Source of the DNA: Candidatus Eiseniibacteriota bacterium
Lineage (GTDB): Bacteria > Eisenbacteria > RBG-16-71-46 > CAVPCR01
Reading direction: 5' to 3'
DNA length: 64,000 bases
NCBI GenBank assembly: GCA_963702435.1
Contig: CAVPCR010000002.1
Location: 480,001-544,000 of the forward strand
Shown here: piece by piece, positions 1 to 9,755 of the stretch
Position numbering within the stretch: position 1 is the first letter of the stretch
How the letters are laid out: each line of letters starts with the position of its first letter
The notes under the pieces: model-generated
What the model was told of the DNA's origin: nothing
Seen by the model: only the letters and a program-made list of their open reading frames with translations
The model's database searches: none
Program-made: the position numbers and the translations under genes

Positions 1-161
1 CCGCTCGCCTTGACGAACGGGGGACGACTCCCTACGGTTCGCCCGGGCGCGCGGCCGCACCGGCCGAGCGCAGACCGGGCTCATAAGAATCGAACTGGCC
101 GGGTCTTGACGCCCGCTCCTCGCGCAGCGGACGAAGGCGACGGCAGGAAGGGACCATCACC

Positions 162-524
162 ATGGCGAGCGGACCGCGGCCACAGGGGGGCGCTGCCCCG
201 CCCATGCAGCAGATCGGCGTCGAGCTCGGAGAGAAGGAGTCGGAGGGAATCTACTCAAACTTCGCTCTCATCTCGCATACGCCGTCCGAGTTCATCCTCG
301 ACTTCGCCCGCATCCTGCCCGGCGCCCGGAAGGCGCGCGTGCACGCGCGGATCGTCATGACGCCCCAGCACGTGAAGGCGCTGCGAGCCGCCCTCGATCA
401 GAACATCACACGCTACGAGGGGGACTACGGCACGATCCCGACCCCGGCCGGCGAGGTGGCCCCGCGGCACATCGGCTTCACGACCCCCGTACCCACCGAG
501 ACGGACCCGCCGCGCACAGGGTAG
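162..524 (+). CDS. DUF3467 family protein
   Basis: ORF with motif EGIYSNFALISHTPSEFILDF...ARIVMTPQHVKAL typical of DUF3467. Confidence 0.8.
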   Translation: MASGPRPQGGAAPPMQQIGVELGEKESEGIYSNFALISHTPSEFILDFARILPGARKARVHARIVMTPQHVKALRAALDQNITRYEGDYGTIPTPAGEVAPRHIGFTTPVPTETDPPRTG

Positions 525-557
525 CGAGAATTTCGATCTTCCTTGACCGAACGCGCC

Positions 558-586
558 TTGACATGCCGCGGACCCGTGGCTAGCTT
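558..586 (+). promoter_or_regulatory. sigma70-type promoter
   Basis: TTGACA (558-563), 17 bp spacer, TAGCTT (581-586); no credible downstream + strand CDS before the convergent gene. Confidence 0.65.
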
Positions 587-592
587 TCGGTC

Positions 593-743
593 AAGCGGAG
601 CGGGGTTCCCTGCTGCAATCGCGCCTCGAACCTCTCGGGTGACCGATGCACTCGGCCCTAGAGCGGACGTGCCCCATAACACGATGTGTGGGGTCGCCAG
701 GGATGGCAGAGGGGCGTGGAGGCGGCGGGGAACCTTTTTTTTT
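593..743 (+). ncRNA. candidate structured non-coding RNA (family unassigned; 6S-like ends)
   Basis: Follows the promoter; 604-616 GGTTCCCTGCTGC pairs with 722-734 GCGGCGGGGAACC, 620-627 pairs with 711-718, internal hairpins, ends in a T9 tract. Confidence 0.55.
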
Positions 744-753
744 GCGACCGCCT

Positions 754-1716
754 TCATGACCTCCTCATGAGTTCGGAGGCCTCCGCAGGCGGTCGCGTCT
801 TCCATCGCCGGTGCACCCAGTAGTACTGCTCGGGATGGAGATAGATGTAGCGCTCGAGGCTCGCCTCGCAGCGCTCCGTGAGGCGGCGGATCTCCCCCTC
901 GTAGGGCGCGCCCGGGTCGGGATCGAAGGCCGGCTCGAACGAGGCGCGATGCCGGCCGCCGGGCAGGCGGAAGACGCCGCACGGGAGGATGGTCGCTCCC
1001 GTGCGATAGGCGAAGACGGCGGCCCCCGGCTGCACCGAGGCGGGGCGCCCCAGCACGTCGAGGAAGATGCCGTCGGATCCGGCATCCTGGTCGAAGAGCA
1101 TGCCGATCAGCTCGCCCTGGCGGAGGCAGCGAAAGATGCGGCGGAGCTCGGGACCCGGGTTGAGGACGCCGACCCCGAGGTGGCGGCCGCGCGCGCGGTC
1201 CATGTAGCGGTCGACGTAGGGATTCCGCTGCTCCTTGGCCAGGAAGTGAATGGGGAGCCGGTGGTGGGCGATGATGGCGCCGAGGAGCTCCCAGTTCCCG
1301 AAGTGGCCGGTCACGACCACGACCCCTCGCCCACGGCGATGCGCCGCCTCGAGGTGCTCGAGACCGCGAACCTCGAGCCACTCCGGTAGCCCGCGGACGC
1401 GCAGACCTCCGAAGCGACCGTACTCGAAGAGGGTCCGCCCGAGATGCCGGTACACATCCCGCGCGATGCGATCCACACCGGCCCGATCGAGCGTCTGGCC
1501 GAGCGTTGCGCCAAGATTCTCCTCGACCACGCGGCGGCGTGTCCGGAGCACGTGATAGACGAAATCCCCGGCGAGATCTCCGGCGCGACCCATGAGCGGA
1601 GGCGGGAGCAGACCCGCGGCGCCCATGACCGCGCGGAGCGCGAGGTACTCGATCCGATCGCCGAGTCCGCCGCGACGCACCGCTCGGTCGGTCTGCAAGT
1701 CGTGGCGCACGCTCAT
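754..1716 (-). CDS. lipid A biosynthesis acyltransferase (LpxL/HtrB family)
   Basis: GHFGNWE, DQD and PEQYYWVHRRWK motifs. Confidence 0.9.
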   Translation of the reverse strand: MSVRHDLQTDRAVRRGGLGDRIEYLALRAVMGAAGLLPPPLMGRAGDLAGDFVYHVLRTRRRVVEENLGATLGQTLDRAGVDRIARDVYRHLGRTLFEYGRFGGLRVRGLPEWLEVRGLEHLEAAHRRGRGVVVVTGHFGNWELLGAIIAHHRLPIHFLAKEQRNPYVDRYMDRARGRHLGVGVLNPGPELRRIFRCLRQGELIGMLFDQDAGSDGIFLDVLGRPASVQPGAAVFAYRTGATILPCGVFRLPGGRHRASFEPAFDPDPGAPYEGEIRRLTERCEASLERYIYLHPEQYYWVHRRWKTRPPAEASELMRRS

Positions 1717-3002
1717 GGCGGATTCCCTGGCGCCGCCGGCGCGCGCCGCCCGGTCCAGCGCGCCGCGCGCGGGGTGAGCCGGACGACCCCGCCGGGGAGA
1801 TGCTCGACGAGACCCGCGAGCTCGAGGCGGATGAGCCCGGCGAGCACCTCGGAAACGGCCGCCCCGACCGCGCGCGCCACGAGATCCACCGCCCGCGGGA
1901 TGAGATCGAGCTCGGCGAGGAGCGCTCGCTCCTCGGTGCCGAGCGCCCGCTCCTCGGCGCCGAGCGCTCGCTCCCCGGCGCCGAGCGCGGCATCGAGGCC
2001 ATCGCGGTCACCATCGCCTTCCCCGGCGCTCGTGCCCGCCCCTTCGCCGGGGGTTCGTTCGAGCGGCACCTCGTAGCCGTACACGGCGCTCAGCACATCC
2101 TCGACCCCGAGCGCGAGCCGCGCCCCGGCGGCGAGGAGCTGGTTCGATCCCGCGTTCTCGGGCAGGAGCGGGTCCCCCGGCACGGCCAGCACCTCGGCGC
2201 CCTGATCGGCGGCGAACGCCGACGTGACGAGGGCGCCGCTGCGGACCGGCGCCTGGACCACGACGACGGCCTCGGCCAGGCCCGCGAGCACGCGGTTCCG
2301 CGCGGGGAAGTGCTCGCGCCTGGGCGGCGCGCCCGGCGGATACTCGCTCACGACGAGTCCCGCCGCGAGGATCTCGGCGAAGAGCGCGCGGTGCGCCGCC
2401 GGATAGCAGCGATCGACGCCGGTGCCGAGGACGGCGATCGTCGCGCCCCCGCCCTCGATTGCCCCGCGATGGGCCGCCGCGTCGATGCCGCGCGCGAGCC
2501 CCGACACGACGCACACTCCGGCCCGCGCCGCACCGCGCGCGAGATGGGCCGCGAACTCGCGTGCGCTCGGGGTCGCGCGCCGCGTGCCGACGATCGCGAC
2601 CGCGGGCGACGCAAAGTCCCCGGCGCCGCGCACGTAGAGCCAGGGCGGAGCCCAGTCGAAGGCGCCGAGGCGCTCGGGGTAGCCGGCATCGGTCGCGACG
2701 AGGAGACGCCCGGCGAGAGCCGCCAGGCGCCGGGCGCGACCCCGCACGTCATCGCGCACCGCCCGGTCGTCCCAGCGCACGCGCGCCGGGTCCGTGCTCG
2801 GCGCCGCGAGGAGCGCCGCAAGCGGCGTCCCGTGGCGGAGGAGTCGTTCGCGGACGGACCGCCGCCAGGGTCGCGGGCCGGTGCTCTCATCGAAGAGGAT
2901 GGCCGCCGCCACATCGTCCTGATCCACTTCCCACTCAGGCGGTCGCCCGTCGTGAGATTCGCTCCTGCACGCTCTGCTCCGCGGCGCGATCCCGCGCGCC
3001 AC
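1713..3002 (-). CDS. dprA: DNA processing protein DprA
   Basis: VAIVGTR, VSGLARGIDAAAH, FPARNR, SGALVT motifs, C-terminal winged helix; start uncertain. Confidence 0.92.
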   Translation of the reverse strand: MARGIAPRSRACRSESHDGRPPEWEVDQDDVAAAILFDESTGPRPWRRSVRERLLRHGTPLAALLAAPSTDPARVRWDDRAVRDDVRGRARRLAALAGRLLVATDAGYPERLGAFDWAPPWLYVRGAGDFASPAVAIVGTRRATPSAREFAAHLARGAARAGVCVVSGLARGIDAAAHRGAIEGGGATIAVLGTGVDRCYPAAHRALFAEILAAGLVVSEYPPGAPPRREHFPARNRVLAGLAEAVVVVQAPVRSGALVTSAFAADQGAEVLAVPGDPLLPENAGSNQLLAAGARLALGVEDVLSAVYGYEVPLERTPGEGAGTSAGEGDGDRDGLDAALGAGERALGAEERALGTEERALLAELDLIPRAVDLVARAVGAAVSEVLAGLIRLELAGLVEHLPGGVVRLTPRAARWTGRRAPAAPGNPP

Positions 3003-3054
3003 CTCCCGTTCCTCTCCCCTGCTCGTCTCCCCTCATCGGACACGTGCCCGACTT

Positions 3055-3120
3055 CTCACCGCGGGCTCACGCCGCCGGCCCTCACCGCGGGCTCACACCG
3101 CCGGCCCTCACCGCCGGCTC
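3055..3120. repeat. short intergenic tandem repeat (~26-bp unit)
   Basis: CTCACCGCGGGCTCAC(G/A)CCGCCGGCC repeated ~2.5 times. Confidence 0.7.
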
Positions 3121-3129
3121 GCCCGCGGC

Positions 3130-3702
3130 TCACTCGCCGGCCGGCGCCTCGCCCTCCGTCGCTCCCTTCTCGAGGGCGGCGGCCCGCGCCTCCGCCTCCT
3201 GGGACGCCCGCAGCGCGCCTGCATCGGCGATGGCATGCACGAGAGGGGTCCAGTCCGCGGCGTGCTGCGAACGGCCCGGGTCGATGCCGGCATTGGCGAG
3301 CGCCGCGAGGATGGGGCCGTTGCTGTGCCGCCGCACCATCGCCCCGAGCGCGCCGGCCACGGCCTTCCGCACCGTGGCGTTCTCATCATGGAGCCGGCCG
3401 ATGAGCACCGGCAGGCTCTCCGGCGCGCCGATCTGCCCGAGCGCCGCCGCCGCGCACGCCCGCGTGTACCACAGCCCCTCGTCGAGGAGGCTCGACAGCG
3501 GTCCGATGACGTCCTCGCCGCGTTCCACGAGGGCCTCGGCCGCGCGCTCGCGGACATGCCAGCTCTGATCGCACAGGAGTTCGAGAAGGAGCGGCACCGA
3601 TTTCTCGGGCCGCTCGCTCCGGAGCTGCGCGATGAGCTCGATCTTGCCCTCGAGCGTGCGAAGCCGCGGATCGAAGGTCAGCGGGTACGGGCGCGGGGTC
3701 AT
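3130..3702 (-). CDS. HEAT-repeat protein
   Basis: [17 protein letters not shown] / [14 protein letters not shown] / [17 protein letters not shown] repeats. Confidence 0.8.
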   Translation of the reverse strand: MTPRPYPLTFDPRLRTLEGKIELIAQLRSERPEKSVPLLLELLCDQSWHVRERAAEALVERGEDVIGPLSSLLDEGLWYTRACAAAALGQIGAPESLPVLIGRLHDENATVRKAVAGALGAMVRRHSNGPILAALANAGIDPGRSQHAADWTPLVHAIADAGALRASQEAEARAAALEKGATEGEAPAGE

Positions 3703-4805
3703 GTCGCGATTCCTCCTCCTGCGAGGGGATCCTCATCGTCCTGGCCGGGGGTCACGTCATCGTCCTTCTCGAGAGCGCTGTTCACGCTCGCCGGATGCTC
3801 CTGCGCTCGCGGCGGCCGCGGCCCGGTGAAACCGAGGCTCTCGGCGATCCGCCGCCGGAGATCCTGCAGATTGTCGCCGGTCGCCGCCGAAATGGCGAGC
3901 GCCGATCCACGGGCGACGCGGGCGGCGGCGCCAGGCGGGAGGGGCTCCCCGGCGAGGACATCCAGCTTCGAGTAACAGATGAGCCGCGGCTTGTCGAGAA
4001 GCGCCGGCGAGTACGCGCGGAGCTCACCCTCGAGGAGCGCCACATCCGCTTCCGGATCGTCGCGGCTCACGTCGATCAGGAAGAGGAGGACGCGGGTACG
4101 CTCGATGTGGCGGAGGAACTGGATCCCGAGCCCCTTGCCGAGGTGCGCCCCCTCGATCAGCCCGGGCAGATCGGCCATCACATAGCTCACCCCATCCCCT
4201 ATTTCGACCAGTCCGAGGTGCGGCTCCAGCGTCGTGAACGGATAGGCCGCAATCCGCGGGCGCGCCGCTGACAGCCGCGAGAGCAAGGTCGACTTGCCGG
4301 CGTTGGGCAGGCCGACGAGCCCGACATCGGCGATCAGCTTGAGATCGAGCCTCAGCCGCCGCTCCTTGCCCAAAGTCCCCGGCCGCGCGAAGCGGGGCGC
4401 CTGCCGGGTCGGGGTCGCGAAGTGCGAATTGCCCCATCCGCCGCGCCCGCCGGCCGCCACGGTGACGCGCTCGTCCGCCGCCGTGAGGTCAGCAAGCGTC
4501 GTGCCCGATTCGGCTTCGATCACGACGGTGCCCGGCGGCACCGCGACGAGGAGGTCCTCGCCCGAGCGGCCGCTCTGGTTCTTCCCGCGGCCGTGCTCGC
4601 CGCGCTCGGCTGCGAAGCGGGTCTGGTGGCGAAAGTCGAGGAGCGTGCGCAGGTTCGGATCCACGTAGAAGATCACGCTCCCGCCGTGGCCGCCGTCGCC
4701 GCCGTTCGGGCCGCCGCGCGGCACGTACTTCTCGCGGCGGAAGGAGATGCAACCGTCGCCGCCGCGTCCGCCGGCGACATCGATGGTGACCGAATCTACG
4801 AGCAT
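3699..4805 (-). CDS. obgE: GTPase ObgE
   Basis: Gly-rich Obg domain, [17 protein letters not shown] motifs. Confidence 0.97.
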   Translation of the reverse strand: MLVDSVTIDVAGGRGGDGCISFRREKYVPRGGPNGGDGGHGGSVIFYVDPNLRTLLDFRHQTRFAAERGEHGRGKNQSGRSGEDLLVAVPPGTVVIEAESGTTLADLTAADERVTVAAGGRGGWGNSHFATPTRQAPRFARPGTLGKERRLRLDLKLIADVGLVGLPNAGKSTLLSRLSAARPRIAAYPFTTLEPHLGLVEIGDGVSYVMADLPGLIEGAHLGKGLGIQFLRHIERTRVLLFLIDVSRDDPEADVALLEGELRAYSPALLDKPRLICYSKLDVLAGEPLPPGAAARVARGSALAISAATGDNLQDLRRRIAESLGFTGPRPPRAQEHPASVNSALEKDDDVTPGQDDEDPLAGGGIAT

Positions 4806-4933
4806 CGGCTAATGCGGTCCGCCACCCGGGAGCGGGGTCGGGGATGGACCGGCACTCGCCCCGGAACGCGAGCTGCCTCCCCCGTGGACAGAACGGTCAA
4901 CATCGTGCGCAGGGAAGATCATCTGCCGCGCGA

Positions 4934-5434
4934 TCACGGCTCGACGTTCGTCGGCCCCGAGGCGAAGCGCGCGCGGAGCCGCTTCGCCACGAGCGGCGGC
5001 ACGAAGGTCTCGACCGGGCCGCCGAGCCGCGCGATCTCGCGCACGACGGTCGAGTTCAGATAGATGTAGCGCTCGCTCGGCATCAGGAAGACGGTATCGA
5101 TCCCCTCGTCGAGCCGGCGGTTCATGAGCGCCATCTGGAACTCGTACTCGAAGTCGGAGATGACGCGGAGCCCGCGGATCACGGCGCGCACGCCCGCGGC
5201 GCGGGCGAACTCGACGAGCATCCCCTCGAAGCTCTGGACCTCGACGCCGGCGAGATCGGCGGTCGCCTCGCGGATCATCTCGACGCGCTCGTCCGTGGAG
5301 AAGAGGACGCGTTTCTCGCGCTGCTCGGCCACTCCGATCACGATGTGGTCGAAGATGGTGAGCGCTCGCCGCACGATGTCGAGATGGCCCAGCGTGACCG
5401 GGTCGAAGGTGCCGGGGAAGATGGCTCGATCCAC
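4934..5434 (-). CDS. coaD: phosphopantetheine adenylyltransferase
   Basis: PGTFDPVTLGH, RGLRVISDFEYE; GTG start after GGAGG. Confidence 0.96.
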   Translation of the reverse strand: MDRAIFPGTFDPVTLGHLDIVRRALTIFDHIVIGVAEQREKRVLFSTDERVEMIREATADLAGVEVQSFEGMLVEFARAAGVRAVIRGLRVISDFEYEFQMALMNRRLDEGIDTVFLMPSERYIYLNSTVVREIARLGGPVETFVPPLVAKRLRARFASGPTNVEP

Positions 5435-5584
5435 ACGCCCTCCCGCATGAATGGGCTCTGGCCGCCCGCCGGACGGCGGCGGTGCTGGCCGCACGCCGGC
5501 AGCGATCGGCGGAGCCTAGCAGGGCATGAGGAAGCAGGCTAGCCCCGGACCTCCCCGCTTCTTCACCTCACCCGCTTCTTCCCC

Positions 5585-5884
5585 TCAGCTGACGTCCTTC
5601 GCGATCTCGAGGAAGCGGGAGTACGGGATCGCGGTCCATGACTCGGCCTTGACCGCCCCGCGCGCGAGCGAGATGAGGCTCACCTTCGCCGCGATCTCCT
5701 CGTCCGGCGCCTCGAAGATGTCCATGAAGTCGTACGGTCCGAGGAGCGCGTAGTGGGCGACCCACCGGACGTCGGGGCACTTCTCGTCCACCGCGGTCTT
5801 CCACCGGCGACCGATCTCGGCACGATGGCCGACATCGCGCGTCACCTCGGGCGAGAGCTTGGTCATGAGGATGAACGTGGCCAT
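5585..5884 (-). CDS. GYD domain protein
   Basis: MATFILMTKLS...YALLGPYDFMDIFEAPD; GGAGG RBS. Confidence 0.85.
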   Translation of the reverse strand: MATFILMTKLSPEVTRDVGHRAEIGRRWKTAVDEKCPDVRWVAHYALLGPYDFMDIFEAPDEEIAAKVSLISLARGAVKAESWTAIPYSRFLEIAKDVS

Positions 5885-5918
5885 GGCGCACCTCCTTTCC
5901 TCGCGACCGATCTTCCCA

Positions 5919-6015
5919 CCGCCGGCAAGCAGGCGCCAGGGGGCGGGCACCCGCCGGCAAGCAGGCGCCAGGGGGCGGCCCGCCGGCAAGCAAGCGCCAG
6001 GGGGCGGCCCGCCGG
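5919..6015. repeat. intergenic tandem repeat (~29-32-bp unit, 3 copies)
   Basis: CCGCCGGCAAGCA(G/A)GCGCCAGGGGGCGG at 5919, 5951, 5980. Confidence 0.85.
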
Positions 6016-6023
6016 GGCGGTCC

Positions 6024-6572
6024 TCAGCTCGCGGCCACGGCGAGAAGGGTGACCACCGTGTCGCCGAAGCGCCGCTCATCGACGACCCGGAGGCAGTCGT
6101 CTGCCGGGAGCTCGACCCGGCGATCGTGCTCCCAGGCAATGAGCCCGTCCGGCCCGAGGATCCCGGGCGCGAGGAGGCCGCGGAGGAAGGGGTCAGCCGG
6201 CGCCGCGTAGGGTGGATCGAGCAGGACCAGGTCGAAGGCGGCGCCGGTCGCAGCGAAGGTCGGGAAGAGACGCTCGGCGGGAGCGACCAGGACCTCGCTC
6301 CGGGCGAGGAGTCCGAGGGCCGCGAGGTTCGCGCGCGCGACCTGGGCCACGGCCGCTACGACCTCGACGAAGACGCAATGCACGGCTCCCCGCGACAGCG
6401 CCTCGATGCCGAGGGCGCCCGAGCCGGCGCAGAGATCGAGGACGCGCGCCCCGGGAAGCCGCGGCGCAAGCACCATGAAGAGGGTCTCGCGAACGCGATC
6501 GGCGGTCGGACGCACGCCGCGGGCAGGCACCCGGAGCCGCCGCCCGCGCTGCTCTCCCCCGGTCACGCGCAT
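6024..6572 (-). CDS. rsmD: 16S rRNA m2G966 methyltransferase
   Basis: MRVTGG..RGRRL, RPTADRVRE, LDLCAGSGALGIEALSRGA, DPPY. Confidence 0.93.
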   Translation of the reverse strand: MRVTGGEQRGRRLRVPARGVRPTADRVRETLFMVLAPRLPGARVLDLCAGSGALGIEALSRGAVHCVFVEVVAAVAQVARANLAALGLLARSEVLVAPAERLFPTFAATGAAFDLVLLDPPYAAPADPFLRGLLAPGILGPDGLIAWEHDRRVELPADDCLRVVDERRFGDTVVTLLAVAAS

Positions 6573-7180
6573 GGCGGCGACGCGCGCGCGCTCGAGTCGA
6601 GCGCGGCGAGGACGAGCGACGCGACCGCATCGGGCGCGAGCCCGTCGGTGTCGATTGTCGTGTGGGCCTGGGCGTACCAGGTGGCGCGCGCGGCGAGGAG
6701 GACGGCGAGGCGGGCCAGCGCCGCGGACTCCGCGCCCGGCCCTGCCTCCTCCGGGGCGAGGAGCGGGCGGGCGGCCCGCTCGGCGGCGGGGAGCCGAGCG
6801 AGCAGGGTCTCGGGGCGAGCGCGGAGCCAGACCGTCCACGCCGCCGCGCGAATCGCGCGCACGTTCTCGGCGCCGACGAACATGCCGCCGCCGAGCGCGA
6901 GCACGTGTCCGGAGCGGGAGGGCAGGCCGGCGATGAAGCGGCGCTCGAGCGCGCGAAAGCCCGCCTCCCCCTCCCGGGCCAAGAGCTCGCGCACCGAGGC
7001 GGCGCCGGCGGTGGCGGCGATCGCGTCGTCCGCGTCGACGAAGGGCCGCCCGAGGCGGGCGGCGAGGAGGCGGCCGACCTCGCTCTTCCCCGCGCCCATC
7101 ATGCCGACCAGGGCGACCGGGCAGCCGGTGCCGAGCGCCTCCGCCGCGCTCGCGTTTCCTCTGGGAGCTCGATCGTTCAT
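6563..7180 (-). CDS. aroK: shikimate kinase
   Basis: GMMGAGKS, FVDAD, GEAGFRALE, LGGG, RPLL. Confidence 0.92.
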   Translation of the reverse strand: MNDRAPRGNASAAEALGTGCPVALVGMMGAGKSEVGRLLAARLGRPFVDADDAIAATAGAASVRELLAREGEAGFRALERRFIAGLPSRSGHVLALGGGMFVGAENVRAIRAAAWTVWLRARPETLLARLPAAERAARPLLAPEEAGPGAESAALARLAVLLAARATWYAQAHTTIDTDGLAPDAVASLVLAALDSSARASPPCA

Positions 7181-7276
7181 CTGCTAACGTCACCCATCGG
7201 CGGAACACCCCTCGCTCGTCGTCCGGCCGCCCGTTCCGGTCCCACGGAGACAATTCGCTCGAGAAGCACCGCGCCC

Positions 7277-7771
7277 ATGCGGATCAGCGACTATCTCACT
7301 CGCGATCGCATCGCTCTCGACCTCGACGCGCGTCCGAAGACCGCGGTGCTCGGCGGCCTGGTCTCGATGCTCGCCGCTTCCCTCGGTCTCCCCGATCGCG
7401 AACCGCTCCTCGCGGAAGTGCTCCGCCGTGAGTCGATCATGTCCACGGGCATCGGCGATGGGATCGCCATTCCGCACGCCGCCGTCGACGGGATCGTCGG
7501 GCCGGCAATCGCGATCGGCATCGCCCCGGGCGGGATCGACTTCGAGTCGGTCGACGCGAAGCCGGTACACGTGATCTTCCTCCTCGTCGGAAACCGCGAT
7601 GCGCCCGGGCTCCAGCTCAAGGCGCTGGCCCGGATCGCGCGTCTCACCCGCGAGCCGGGTTTCATCGCGAGCCTCACGGCGGCCGGGACGCCGGAGGCCG
7701 CCCTCGCCCTCATCGCCGCCGAGGACGCGCGCGCCGAGGAGGTCCCGCCGCCGCCCGAGATCAAGCGGTGA
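7277..7771 (+). CDS. ptsN: PTS EIIA (Ntr/fructose type) protein
   Basis: RESIMSTGIGDGIAIPH phospho-His motif. Confidence 0.8.
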   Translation: MRISDYLTRDRIALDLDARPKTAVLGGLVSMLAASLGLPDREPLLAEVLRRESIMSTGIGDGIAIPHAAVDGIVGPAIAIGIAPGGIDFESVDAKPVHVIFLLVGNRDAPGLQLKALARIARLTREPGFIASLTAAGTPEAALALIAAEDARAEEVPPPPEIKR

Positions 7772-7803
7772 CGTTCGAAGCAGCGATCTTCACGCGGTGA
7801 CTC

Positions 7804-9615
7804 TCACGATGTGACCTTGAGGACGACGAGCGTCAGGTCGTCGCCCGGCACCTTCCGCTTCGAGAAGGTCCGCACCGCCCGCTCGATCGCCGCCGCGATC
7901 TTGGCCGCAGAGCGCAAGCGCACGGTGACCGCCATGTCGAGGAGGCGTGCCGTCCCGAACTCCTCGTCATCCTTGTTGATCGCCTCGGTGACGCCGTCCG
8001 TGTAGAGGAGGAGCATGTCCCCGGCGCGGAAGTGCACGAGCCCCTCGTCGTAGCGCTGATCCGGAAACGCGCCGAGGACGGTGCCGCCCGTCGCCAGCTC
8101 TTCCACCGAACCGTCCTCGTGCACGAGGATCCCGGGGTAGTGCCCGGCGCTCGCGTACGTGAACCGCCGCTTGTCGATGTCGAGCACGCCGTAGAGCGCG
8201 GTGACGAAGCGGCTCGGCTCGGTCGTCTCGAGGAGGAGCTGGTTGACCTTGTTGAAGATGGTGGAGATCGAGTAGTTGTTGCGGATCTCGGCGCGCATGC
8301 TCGAGCGGAAGCTCGAGAGGATGAGCCCGGCGGCCACCCCCTTCCCGGCGACGTCGCCGATCGCGATCCCGAGCTGTCCGGGCGCCACGGTGACGAAGTC
8401 GTAGTAGTCGCCGCCGACGTCGAAGGACGGCACGTTGAGCCCGGCGAGATCGATGCCCTTGAGTTTCGGGGGCGCCTGCGGCAGGAAGGAGAGCTGGATC
8501 TGGCGCGCGATCGCGAGATCCTCCTCGATCCGGCGGACGCGCACCCCTTCCTCGTGGAGGCGCGCCACCTCGACCGCCACCGCCGCCGAGTCGGCGAAGG
8601 CCGAGAGCCGCTTCAGATCCTCGTTCGAGTAGGCGGCGAGCCGGTCGCTCTCGAGGACGAAGGCCCCGATCACCTTGCCGCGCGCGATGAGCGGCGCCAC
8701 CATCTCCGCGCGCGTGCTCTCGCGGGAGTTCACGTAGCGCGTGTCGACGGTCACATCGGGAACGATGACCGGCTTTCCCTTCGAGATCGACCAGCCGACG
8801 ATGCCGTCACCCACCTTGAGCTGCGCGCGCTCGAAGTTCTCGGGGTCGTAGCCGCGGAGCATCGTGTGCTCGATCGCCTTGTCCTTGCCGACGAGGAAGA
8901 TGCCGACCGCATCGAAGGCGACGAGCCGCGCGAGCCCCGACACGATGCGCTCGAGCACCTCGTCGACCGAGAGCGTCGAGAGGAGCGCGCGCCCGGCGTC
9001 GCGGATCAGCTCGAGCGCGAGCTTCTCCTGCTCGAGGCTCTTCACGAGCCAGGCGTTCCGGAGCGCGATCGCAAGCTCGTCGGCCACCGCGGCGAGAAAG
9101 GACTCGTGCGTGGGATCGAAGCCGCCCGGGCGGTTCACGACGTCGAGGGCGCCGAGGACGCGGCCATCAGCCCGGAGCGGCACCGAGAGGAGGTTCCGGA
9201 TCGGGAGCGGGGCGGGGCCCCCGGGGCGCGCCGCGTAAGGGGTGAAGCGGGGGTCCGTGGTCGCATCGTCGATGCGGAGGGTTTGGCCGTGGAGGACGAC
9301 CCAGCCGGCCGTTCCCTGCCCGGGTGCGATGAGGAGGTCGGGAGCGGCCGCTCCATGCGCGGCGGGCCCGGCGGCCGGCTGCTGGAAGACCCGAGGCGTC
9401 AGGCGGGGCGGATCCCCGTCGAGGAGGAAGAGCGACCCGGCTTCCGCTCCGACCGCCCGCGCCGCGGTGGCCACGACGACGGGCAGGCGCGCGCTCGGAT
9501 CCACCGCCGCGTTCAGCTCGCGGAAGATCTCGATGAGCGCCGCGAGCTCGCGGTTCGCGGGCACGGTGGGCGGCGTGGGCGCGGGCGCGGCGGTGTTTTG
9601 GACGGGCTCGTTCAT
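7804..9615 (-). CDS. GAF-GAF-PP2C (SpoIIE/RsbU-type) protein phosphatase
   Basis: Two GAF domains, ARQIQ, VGGDYYD, GDVAGKG, YTDG, DDLT motifs. Confidence 0.9.
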   Translation of the reverse strand: MNEPVQNTAAPAPTPPTVPANRELAALIEIFRELNAAVDPSARLPVVVATAARAVGAEAGSLFLLDGDPPRLTPRVFQQPAAGPAAHGAAAPDLLIAPGQGTAGWVVLHGQTLRIDDATTDPRFTPYAARPGGPAPLPIRNLLSVPLRADGRVLGALDVVNRPGGFDPTHESFLAAVADELAIALRNAWLVKSLEQEKLALELIRDAGRALLSTLSVDEVLERIVSGLARLVAFDAVGIFLVGKDKAIEHTMLRGYDPENFERAQLKVGDGIVGWSISKGKPVIVPDVTVDTRYVNSRESTRAEMVAPLIARGKVIGAFVLESDRLAAYSNEDLKRLSAFADSAAVAVEVARLHEEGVRVRRIEEDLAIARQIQLSFLPQAPPKLKGIDLAGLNVPSFDVGGDYYDFVTVAPGQLGIAIGDVAGKGVAAGLILSSFRSSMRAEIRNNYSISTIFNKVNQLLLETTEPSRFVTALYGVLDIDKRRFTYASAGHYPGILVHEDGSVEELATGGTVLGAFPDQRYDEGLVHFRAGDMLLLYTDGVTEAINKDDEEFGTARLLDMAVTVRLRSAAKIAAAIERAVRTFSKRKVPGDDLTLVVLKVTS

Positions 9616-9755
9616 CCTCGGTTCCTGGCTCGACGCAAGGGACCGGGGATTCTAGCACGCCCTGGAGACCCAGCGACGCCCAATCAAGCGGACGGGCCCT
9701 CATGAAGCATTGCAGGCTTCCGCACCGACTCAAGGGCGCACGAGAGCAGACCGCG

